A stretch of DNA of 64,000 nt, taken from an uncultured Christensenella sp. (lineage in GTDB: Bacteria > Bacillota > Clostridia > Christensenellales > Borkfalkiaceae). The stretch lies in assembly GCA_910585595.1 (NCBI GenBank), contig CAJUET010000002.1, positions 135,418 to 199,417 on the forward strand, written 5' to 3'. Below are positions 57,532-64,000 of this stretch, in pieces. Position 1 is the first letter of the stretch; every line of letters begins with the position of its first letter. The notes beneath the pieces were generated by a model. It was not told the DNA's origin, ran no database searches, and worked only from the letters and a program-made list of their open reading frames with translations. Made by a program: the position numbers and the translations under genes.

Positions 57532-57690
57532 TTACAGTAAGCCGTTCCAGCCGAAGAAGTTGAGCATTTTGGCAAGCCAACGTAAGCCGTATGCAATCCA
57601 TTCAAAGAGTTTGGCGAGAATTGATAACGGCCACGTTCCGACCAGCACCACAAGGATTACTACAAGTAGTATCAATATCAATTTCTTCAT
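57532..57690 (-). CDS. 52-aa hydrophobic protein, candidate major coat protein (below the ORF-track cutoff)
   Basis: ATG 57690 after GAGGTG RBS. Hand translation: MKKLILILLVVILVVLVGTWPLSILAKLFEWIAYGLRWLAKMLNFFGWNGLL. Confidence 0.5.
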   Translation of the reverse strand: MKKLILILLVVILVVLVGTWPLSILAKLFEWIAYGLRWLAKMLNFFGWNGLL

Positions 57691-57705
57691 CGGAACACCT
57701 CACTA

Positions 57706-58059
57706 TTAGCGCATAAGCATTGCAAGCAAAGTCTTGTCGGAATTGCGTGCGGGCTTAACGGCGCACTCGTAAACTTCGCCCGTTTCCTTATCCACCGTGC
57801 GGACGAGAAAGCGCGTACCGGTAACGGGCTTGCCTTCGCCGTTGGTGAACTCGAAAGGTTCGGCGATGAAATCCGCCTTATCCTCGTTGCCGAACACGAT
57901 ATCCAAAACCGTGTAACCGCCTTTGTCGTTTTTATCGGGCGGAGCGATTTTGATTTTCACGTCCCTGCCGCGGACATTGCCGCAGATGAAATACTCGGAA
58001 TAGGTTTTACCCTTATACTCGAATGCGCCCTTTTCTACCTTAATGTTGTTCTTTGCCAT
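57706..58059 (-). CDS. hypothetical beta-rich protein (117 aa), positional candidate for an ssDNA-binding protein
   Basis: Immediately upstream of the small hydrophobic ORF. No motif recognised; the call rests on position only. Confidence 0.3.
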   Translation of the reverse strand: MAKNNIKVEKGAFEYKGKTYSEYFICGNVRGRDVKIKIAPPDKNDKGGYTVLDIVFGNEDKADFIAEPFEFTNGEGKPVTGTRFLVRTVDKETGEVYECAVKPARNSDKTLLAMLMR

Positions 58060-58077
58060 ACTTTCTTTACCTCCCTG

Positions 58078-58371
58078 TTATGCGGATTTCTTTCCGCCCT
58101 TTTTTACCGGCAACTTCGTGCCTTTTTCTCTGGAATACTTCTTTGCTTCCGATTTGGAAAGACCGGCGTCCATAGCCTGCTTGTAGCGGAACAGTCCGGC
58201 GTGATCGCTCTGACACTGCAAGTAACCCGAACGGAGTCCTGCTTCGTAGTCGCTCAAAGGCTGACCTTCTTTCTGTCCGTGCTGATGCACCTTTGCTCTG
58301 CGTTCCTCAACGTAACTCGCCGCACGCTTGCTGGGGGTAGTCCAACGTCTTTCCGTATTGTAATTTGCCAT
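58078..58371 (-). CDS. hypothetical basic protein (97 aa)
   Basis: Start moved to ATG 58371 (AGGAGA RBS). Lys/Arg-rich ends. Confidence 0.5.
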   Translation of the reverse strand: MANYNTERRWTTPSKRAASYVEERRAKVHQHGQKEGQPLSDYEAGLRSGYLQCQSDHAGLFRYKQAMDAGLSKSEAKKYSREKGTKLPVKKGGKKSA

Positions 58372-58543
58372 ATTCAAATCTCCTATTGATTTTAATATTG
58401 CCCGTGAAACCGATAGCACAGCTTATCTGTCAAACCGGCACTGATATGTTTACTTTGTCGATCTGTTCGTGCGTAGGCGGCCACCTTTATGAAATTCACG
58501 CTGAACACAATCGCCGTTTATTTATGCGCCGTGTAACATTCGA

Positions 58544-58795
58544 TTAGTTGAGTAGGCTTAAAATGCTCTCGTCCGGTTCGCTTCCCAAAAGAACTTGCTC
58601 GCCTTTTACAAGCGTGCCTTGCTCGTCGTAGTATCGTCTAACCAACCACAGCTCCGCATTGAAGCCACAAGCGGTCTTATAGTCGCAATACGCACTTGCT
58701 TTGTCCTCGTCGGCAAAGTATTTACTGCCGCGATTGCACTCGACACGGTAAAACTGCACGACTGCGTTCCTTTGCGCACCCTTCATCTTGCACAT
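58544..58795 (-). CDS. hypothetical protein (83 aa)
   Basis: Co-directional ORF. No family recognised. Confidence 0.45.
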   Translation of the reverse strand: MCKMKGAQRNAVVQFYRVECNRGSKYFADEDKASAYCDYKTACGFNAELWLVRRYYDEQGTLVKGEQVLLGSEPDESILSLLN

Positions 58796-58883
58796 CGTCT
58801 TTCTCCTTGCTTGATTTATTTTGTAGGCGCTCGTTCATAACCCCTACACTTATAGCCACGAAAACGGGCAAAAGTTTTCGGTC

Positions 58884-59279
58884 TTACAAAAAATTTTTGA
58901 GTTTTTTATAAATTCGTGCCAATCTATTGCTGATACTGCACACCGCAACTCCGTCGCTTTCCGCTATCTCGGACACCGTTTGTCTTTCAACGAACAAGCG
59001 ATTGAGAAGGCTTTGTTGCGTAGGTAACAGTTGCGAAATTGCTTCCTGCAATCGCTCGTTTTCCATACCGCCGAAAATCTCATCGAAATTATATTCGTCC
59101 GTATATGACGGCTCGACGTTCATTTCGGTAAGCGTTTCCAAAGAAACGTGCCTGCGAGTTTCACGGCGATTCCCGTACTTTTCTTCCTTGTCCATTTCAA
59201 TTAAAAGGTCGTAAAGCTCGTCCTCTACTTCCACAACACTTTTAGTTCCGTCCGCAAATTTGTAAGTATAAGTTTTCAT
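58884..59279 (-). CDS. sigma-70 region-4-like HTH protein (Tn916 Orf7-like small sigma/regulator)
   Basis: C-terminal LPTQQSLLNRLFVERQTVSEIAESDGVAVCSISNRLARIYKKLK resembles sigma-70 region 4. Confidence 0.6.
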   Translation of the reverse strand: MKTYTYKFADGTKSVVEVEDELYDLLIEMDKEEKYGNRRETRRHVSLETLTEMNVEPSYTDEYNFDEIFGGMENERLQEAISQLLPTQQSLLNRLFVERQTVSEIAESDGVAVCSISNRLARIYKKLKNFL

Positions 59280-59415
59280 ATTTTGACTCCTTGAATTTGA
59301 TAGTGAAATCCGCAGAGCCGAGTTTTCCGCAAACTAAAAGACGGCATAGAAACGATTGAATTTGTTTCCATTGCCGTCTTGCGGTCTGCGGATATTATTG
59401 AGTTGTTACGGCGAT

Positions 59416-59568
59416 CTACGCCGCCTTATCTTTGTTGGTTACGCTGATTTGTCCGTTGTCCGAAAAGCATATAAGCGTGGTACAGCCTTTCAATACTATC
59501 TCGACGGTTTTGCTCGATTTATCTACACGGCACACGAGCTTGCCTTGACTGTTGCGTACTTCTTCCAT
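59416..59568 (-). CDS. hypothetical small protein (50 aa)
   Basis: ATG 59568 after GGAGGA. MEEVRNSQGKLVCRVDKSSKTVEIVLKGCTTLICF... Confidence 0.45.
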   Translation of the reverse strand: MEEVRNSQGKLVCRVDKSSKTVEIVLKGCTTLICFSDNGQISVTNKDKAA

Positions 59569-59570
59569 AT

Positions 59571-59720
59571 TCAATCCTCCGATTTCTTTTCCTTTTGCCA
59601 TTTGAGAATATTCTCAAGAAACTTCTTTGCTATTGGCTCTAAAGTCGCTTTGGGTATTTTGCCGTAGTCCGGCATACCGTTGACTTGAACTTCATACGCT
59701 GGTTCTACTTTCTGTTTCAT
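59571..59720 (-). CDS. hypothetical small protein (49 aa), below the track cutoff
   Basis: ATGA overlap with the upstream HTH gene. MKQKVEPAYEVQVNGMPDYGKIPKATLEPIAKKFLENILKWQKEKKSED. Confidence 0.4.
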   Translation of the reverse strand: MKQKVEPAYEVQVNGMPDYGKIPKATLEPIAKKFLENILKWQKEKKSED

Positions 59721-60058
59721 TTGGTTACTCCTTTCAGACCGAAAGTTTTGATGATTGATTTCATCACTTCGGCATCCTTGCCATTGAGTTCGGGCAAAAG
59801 CCTTTGTAATAATTCCTGCTGTTCGTCCTTGAGATAGGACTTACCCAACCTGTAATTTTCATCTACACGAATTCCACCTCCATTGCCTTTTGAAGTGTAA
59901 ATCGGATAATCTAAAGACAATATTAAAATGTCATTGCGGATTGTTCTGTCTGTTACGTTAAACTCGAATGCCAGATTTGCAACTGTTTCAAATCTACGCA
60001 TACAAAGAACTTCCAATATGGCATTTCTTCGTTCGCTTGACGTCATATCCGATTTCAC
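59717..60058 (-). CDS. HTH (DeoR/HTH_11-like) regulator
   Basis: SSERRNAILEVLCMRRFETVANLAFEFNVTDRTIRNDILIL winged-helix pattern. Confidence 0.65.
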   Translation of the reverse strand: MKSDMTSSERRNAILEVLCMRRFETVANLAFEFNVTDRTIRNDILILSLDYPIYTSKGNGGGIRVDENYRLGKSYLKDEQQELLQRLLPELNGKDAEVMKSIIKTFGLKGVTK

Positions 60059-60143
60059 CTCCTTTCGCTTTTCTTGGCGTTATTCTAAAATTCAAATAGG
60101 AAGGTTTTTTTCCTATTAGAAAAACTTTTTTAATTTTTTTGAG

Positions 60144-60218
60144 AAAAATAAAAAGCCGCCGAGTAGCGTGCCACGCACTACTCCCATTGAGTAAATGCGC
60201 TTTGCGCTATTCGGCGGC
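60144..60218 (-). terminator. compound terminator / small structured RNA between the regulatory genes
   Basis: On the minus strand, the outer 8-bp stem GCCGCCGA / TCGGCGGC encloses two inner hairpins (GCGC-AAA-GCGC and GAGTAG...CTACTC), followed by TTTTTATTTTT. Confidence 0.5.
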
Positions 60219-60371
60219 CTCTCGTGTTATTGTAATTACTTACAAAGGTTCGGTTAAACCAATCCGATATATACAGTTCGACCTCTTGGCTTTACAATGC
60301 CTCTGTTTCAGACCGACCAAGCGTCTTGCCGTATATTGTCATAAAGACTATAAATTGTAATTTTTCTTTCG

Positions 60372-60572
60372 TTACTGCATAATTGTTTGCCCTTCGGGTG
60401 CGTAAACGTCTAATGAAACGTGCCGCCTGCTCATTACCCGTGATATTGTTACAGTACCACAGTGAGGACACTTGACTTTCGTCAAACCGTTTATGTCCCT
60501 TATCCCGATTGTCTTTTGGTGGCAGTTGACGCACACAAATGGCACGGGCTTTTCGTAGCTAAATTTTGGCAT
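60372..60572 (-). CDS. small zinc-ribbon protein (66 aa), cysteine-rich KTR-like
   Basis: Start moved to ATG 60572. CVNCHQ...17 aa...CPHCGT four-Cys ribbon. Confidence 0.55.
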   Translation of the reverse strand: MPKFSYEKPVPFVCVNCHQKTIGIRDINGLTKVKCPHCGTVTISRVMSRRHVSLDVYAPEGQTIMQ

Positions 60573-60712
60573 TATCTTTATTCTACTCCTTTTCTCTCGC
60601 CTGCAATAGATGGTATTTAGAAAACTGCCTTTATGCGGTTGAGAACTCCGGCACGGAAGTAATCTATCTTTTGCAAGTCCTATATAACAACGATTTCGGG
60701 GCAAAATCGCAG

Positions 60713-61309
60713 TTAATACATTTTAATGCAACTGACAAGAATGCCTTGTATTTCACAATTCTTTACGATAATATCCTGCATTGTCTTATTTTCCGGATGC
60801 AGCCTTATCTTGTCCTTTTCTTTGTAAAAGCGTTTTAGTGTATTTTCGCCATTGACAAGTGCAACCACTATCTCACCGTCCAGAGCTTCTTTCTGCTTGC
60901 GGATAACAAGTAAATCGCCTTTGTTTATTCCAGCATCTATCATACTGTTACCAAAGGCACGAAGCATATACATTTCGCTATTACCGAAGATCGAGCAAGG
61001 AAGCGCAAAACTTTCTTCTATATTCTCTACTTCCAAGCACGGCTCGCCACAAGCGATTTCACCGATGAGCGGAACAGTTACGGTTTCGCCACCCCACAAT
61101 TTTGCAAGTGGCGCTATGTTTCCTATATCCGTGCGTTCGATACGTCCTTCCGCCGCCAACTGCTTAATATACCGTTGCACGGTTGCCAAAGAACCGAGCT
61201 TCAGAGCGTTCATTATGTTACGAAAGCTCGGCGATATACCGTGTTGCTTTTGATACTCTACGTTGTACTCCGCTATGGCGTTTTTCGTTTCTTCGCTTAA
61301 AACTCTCAT
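60713..61309 (-). CDS. LexA-type repressor (winged HTH + S24 self-cleaving peptidase domain)
   Basis: N-terminal SFRNIMNALKLGSLATVQRYIKQL. Linker VPLIGEIACGEP with Cys-Gly at the scissile position. GNSMIDAGI (Ser) and LKRF (Lys) dyad; 198 aa. Confidence 0.8.
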   Translation of the reverse strand: MRVLSEETKNAIAEYNVEYQKQHGISPSFRNIMNALKLGSLATVQRYIKQLAAEGRIERTDIGNIAPLAKLWGGETVTVPLIGEIACGEPCLEVENIEESFALPCSIFGNSEMYMLRAFGNSMIDAGINKGDLLVIRKQKEALDGEIVVALVNGENTLKRFYKEKDKIRLHPENKTMQDIIVKNCEIQGILVSCIKMY

Positions 61310-61359
61310 TTTATATCCTTTGCATTATAACAAAACTGTCCGTTTCGTTATATAAATAG

Positions 61360-61388
61360 AGTATAGCACAAGAACCGCAATATTGCAA
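61360..61388 (-). promoter_or_regulatory. candidate promoter of the LexA-type repressor gene
   Basis: On the minus strand, TTGCAA, 17 nt, TATACT. Flanked by the inverted repeat ACTGTCCGT (61335-61343) / ACGGACAGT (61408-61416). Confidence 0.5.
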
Positions 61389-61466
61389 GTGCGCAGCGTG
61401 GCGGTTTACGGACAGTGAAAAGTTTTTTATTTAATTGTAAAAATTCTATTTACTCGATTTTGAGGA

Positions 61467-62282
61467 CTACTCCAAATCATCAAACGATATATTAGTGTAC
61501 TCAAAAGTTTGCAAATCAATAAATGCTATAATTGAATTGATAACAGCTTGCATACATTCAGCACCAAACTCTCTCAAAAGACTTTTTGAATAATACGGAA
61601 TCAATATTAAATCGTATATATCTATTATCTTTTGCTTATTACAGAACTCAAGGAATTGACTAACCTTTTGTTCAATGAGAATATCTTGAACTTTATACTT
61701 ACGCCAAACAAGCTGCGATATTTTTTCAATACCATACTCCTTAAATTCAAAGTATATGTAACTGAATTTCCGCTTTGCCCTATTATCTTTTACATAATTA
61801 CCTATCGAATATAAAGAAAGTTTATCAATGGTAGTTTCAGTCTTAATCGAACCGCCACCTATTTTTATTAGTGTTTCGACATAGCGCTTTTCATTCTTAA
61901 GTCGTCTATATTCCTTTTCAAACGTTGATTCGAGCCGATCTATGTCGGTTTGAAAAACCTCCAACCCGTTATCAATCCTTTCCTGCGCCCTAAACCTATA
62001 TTCCCTAATTTCGGTCAAATATGACTGATAGTCCAAAAATATCTGTTCAAGATCAAATTTGCTAATATATATTTTATCGGAGTAAATATAAGTAGAATAT
62101 TTTAGGCTGACACGCCGACATACAACATATTGCTCTTTATGATTTATAAGTTGAGAATTAAAAGCACAAGAGTTTTTTTCTAATGCCGATTTACTACTTT
62201 TGGGCAAGCGATTTATCAAACTATCCCAAATTAAATTGAATTTAGCTTTTCTCTTTGCCGTTATAAATTCTTCATTCGTCAT
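61467..62282 (-). CDS. hypothetical protein (271 aa) appended to dndDE
   Basis: Very AT-rich, starts 24 nt downstream of the dndE-like gene, same strand. No family recognised. Confidence 0.6.
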   Translation of the reverse strand: MTNEEFITAKRKAKFNLIWDSLINRLPKSSKSALEKNSCAFNSQLINHKEQYVVCRRVSLKYSTYIYSDKIYISKFDLEQIFLDYQSYLTEIREYRFRAQERIDNGLEVFQTDIDRLESTFEKEYRRLKNEKRYVETLIKIGGGSIKTETTIDKLSLYSIGNYVKDNRAKRKFSYIYFEFKEYGIEKISQLVWRKYKVQDILIEQKVSQFLEFCNKQKIIDIYDLILIPYYSKSLLREFGAECMQAVINSIIAFIDLQTFEYTNISFDDLE

Positions 62283-62306
62283 AAAGGATTCTCTGCTGTA
62301 TTTCTA

Positions 62307-62687
62307 TTATATACTTTTGTCGAGATTGGCAAGGTGATTATAAAAGTTACTACCGGAATATTTATACTCTGCGTAAAGTAATTTTGCGCCCCTATCCAAA
62401 TGAGCCTTAAGATACTTCGGAAAATACTCTTCTTCGGATAAATCAAAACCATTTTTATTTACAATAAGAGTCTTAAATAAATCGTCATACTCACCTGTAA
62501 TCGTTTGACGGTTAAGCTCAAGCCCATCGGTATCAGTATTAAAACTATCCGCGTCCAACTCTGTATTGTCTCTAATTGATAGCGCTATCGCAATTTTAGC
62601 CAACGCAAACGGCTGTAAATGAATACTCGCGCTAATGTCATTGAAAACCTGCATGGTTTCTTTTGATGTTTTTAACTTAAATACCAT
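62307..62687 (-). CDS. dndE: DndE-like DNA phosphorothioation protein
   Basis: Start moved to ATG 62687, one nt after the dndD stop, with the GAGGTG RBS inside dndD. FKLKTSKETMQVFNDI...LQPFALAKIAIALSI...LNRQTITGEYDDLF resembles the DndE (DUF1832) pattern; 126 aa. Confidence 0.6.
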   Translation of the reverse strand: MVFKLKTSKETMQVFNDISASIHLQPFALAKIAIALSIRDNTELDADSFNTDTDGLELNRQTITGEYDDLFKTLIVNKNGFDLSEEEYFPKYLKAHLDRGAKLLYAEYKYSGSNFYNHLANLDKSI

Positions 62688-62688
62688 A

Positions 62689-64000
62689 TTACACCTCAAA
62701 ATACTTTGCTGGAACGACGGTAGTATTACCATAGTCATTTATTGATAGCATAAAACGATCGGATATCTTTTCATCAACAAGCGTCTTATACTCACCAACT
62801 ATTTCTTCATCCGTAGAAAGAATAAACATCTGATTGGAAATTTTATTAAAGAACTCCTCCACTATCTTTTCACGATGATTAGAGTCAATTCTTGCAAAAG
62901 GCGTATCAATGAAGAACGGTATATCTTTTCTACTTGTCTTTAACAATGCCAAGTACAAAGACATAATATACACCTGCCTTTCCCCTTGCGAGAACGGCGC
63001 AGTTATAGGCGAAGGCAATACTATAGTTTCCTTTTCGCCCAAACGCAATTTGTTGATTTCGATTAAGTATTTTGTATCAAACATTTCCAAGAAATGAGTT
63101 TTCTCATTTGCTTGCAAATAGTTCTCAATTTGCAAAAAGGTTACGTCAATAAACTTATACGGAATCACGTTAATATTTTTATCAATAACAATTCCGTCTA
63201 TAAAGTTGTCTTTATTGATAATTGACGAGAAACATTCAATAAATGCTTGCTGTAAAATTTTACCTTGTCGAGCAATCAATTCTTCTTCAAGTAATGTATA
63301 TACACCTATAGCCCTCGAAGAAAGTTCCGTAATAGATTTTGATTTCAGCATCTTCTCATAAACTTCTTTTGCTTTATTAAACTCCGAATTAAGCTGCATC
63401 TTCTCGGCATCTTTTACAGTAATATCTTGAACCAACTTTTCAGTGCGCAACTTCAAGTCCAACAAATCTTTTTCGATTTTTTCTTTTTGCTCGGAGTATT
63501 CCTCATATCCATCAATCGAACTTGCGGAAAGTTGCTCTCTTAATCTCTTTGTCGTTTTTAACGAAGCAGCTAATGCCTTATTAGACTTTATAATCAGTTG
63601 TTGTTCAAAATCTATTTTCTCGTAGATTTGAGCTATCAATCTATTTATCTGGCTATTCGACAAATCGAATAATACCTTTTGTTCTCCGCTTCCAACAAAG
63701 ATGGCGCGAAGAAACTGCACAATTTCTTCGGAAGAAGATTCGGCAATTCCTTTTTCGTTAAGAAAATCCGATAACGATTTTTGGATATTTTCTTCTTGCA
63801 ACGCTTCGGAAATCGCCTTATGGCTTTTAATATCTTGCTCGTGTTCCAACCTTGCGAGAAGATCCTGCATCTGTTTTTTTACAATTATGAACGGCAAATA
63901 ATGGTTGGCGATTTCTTTCAACCATCTATTGATCTCTTCTCTCTTCGCTTCTTCCTTTGTAAGATTGGCGCTTATTTCTTTCCATTCAGACAAACTCACG
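62689..64000 (-). CDS. dndD: DndD-like SMC/ABC-type ATPase (N-terminus beyond the window)
   Basis: Long coiled-coil region, then PFSQGERQVYIMSLYLALL (signature) and FFIDTPFARIDSNHREKIVEEFF...MFILSTDEEI, which matches the DndD C-terminal DTPLGRLDS.HR...STDEE block. The frame is open to the window edge. Confidence 0.75.
   Translation of the reverse strand, partial: VSLSEWKEISANLTKEEAKREEINRWLKEIANHYLPFIIVKKQMQDLLARLEHEQDIKSHKAISEALQEENIQKSLSDFLNEKGIAESSSEEIVQFLRAIFVGSGEQKVLFDLSNSQINRLIAQIYEKIDFEQQLIIKSNKALAASLKTTKRLREQLSASSIDGYEEYSEQKEKIEKDLLDLKLRTEKLVQDITVKDAEKMQLNSEFNKAKEVYEKMLKSKSITELSSRAIGVYTLLEEELIARQGKILQQAFIECFSSIINKDNFIDGIVIDKNINVIPYKFIDVTFLQIENYLQANEKTHFLEMFDTKYLIEINKLRLGEKETIVLPSPITAPFSQGERQVYIMSLYLALLKTSRKDIPFFIDTPFARIDSNHREKIVEEFFNKISNQMFILSTDEEIVGEYKTLVDEKISDRFMLSINDYGNTTVVPAKYFEV

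Larger units (their letters stand above)
50270..61470 (-). mobile_element. candidate inovirus-like (filamentous, Rep + Zot-type ATPase) prophage or satellite
   Basis: About 17 co-directional, tightly packed ORFs. HUH Rep, Zot/pI-like P-loop ATPase, 52-aa hydrophobic ORF, three N-anchored proteins, LexA-type repressor, long hairpins next to rep. No capsid, terminase, portal, tail or lysin genes. Confidence 0.5.

Noticed and set aside
38300-64000. Search for integrase, transposase, terminase, portal, capsid or T4SS genes to classify the island as a conventional prophage or ICE
   Set aside because: None could be recognised in any frame. The island is therefore described as a mosaic of modules rather than as one defined element, and its ends cannot be set from this window.

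Overview
The window has two contrasting parts. All GC statements are by-eye estimates, and all family calls rest on motif recall, not database searches.
(1) 1-38.3 kb is GC-rich, densely packed housekeeping DNA of a spore-forming Bacillota/Clostridia-type chromosome. It carries a phosphohexomutase that runs off the left edge and is missing from the ORF track. It also carries uppP, a PrsA-like foldase, mfd-pth-prs, malic enzyme, plsY-der, an M20 dipeptidase, ileS, degV, an ABC-F ATPase, a PadR-DUF1700-DUF4097 operon, a DUF368 protein, pro-sigma-K, aspS, a BspA-type LRR lipoprotein behind a structured leader, a RecD/Pif1-like helicase, reverse rubrerythrin, a HAD hydrolase, argS and ychF. This part ends at a tRNA-Pro with an unusual AGG anticodon.
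(2) 38.3-64 kb is a clearly AT-richer mosaic accessory island with no integrase in view. It contains:
(a) a second LRR gene;
(b) a ~8 kb plus-strand block of about 18 small, translationally coupled ORFs, including ArdA, a PcfK-like::MutS-domain-I fusion, PcfJ, a SLOG protein and several very acidic proteins, read here as an anti-defence block;
(c) an XRE / YpsA-like SLOG / membrane-anchored protein cassette with operator-like repeats;
(d) an ~11 kb minus-strand module with an HUH rolling-circle Rep, a Zot/pI-type ATPase, an unannotated 52-aa hydrophobic ORF, three membrane-anchored proteins and a LexA-type repressor. No capsid, terminase or tail genes are present. I read this as a candidate inovirus-like prophage and consider it the most interesting system in the window;
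(e) a truncated dndD-dndE phosphorothioation cluster followed by an orphan 271-aa ORF.
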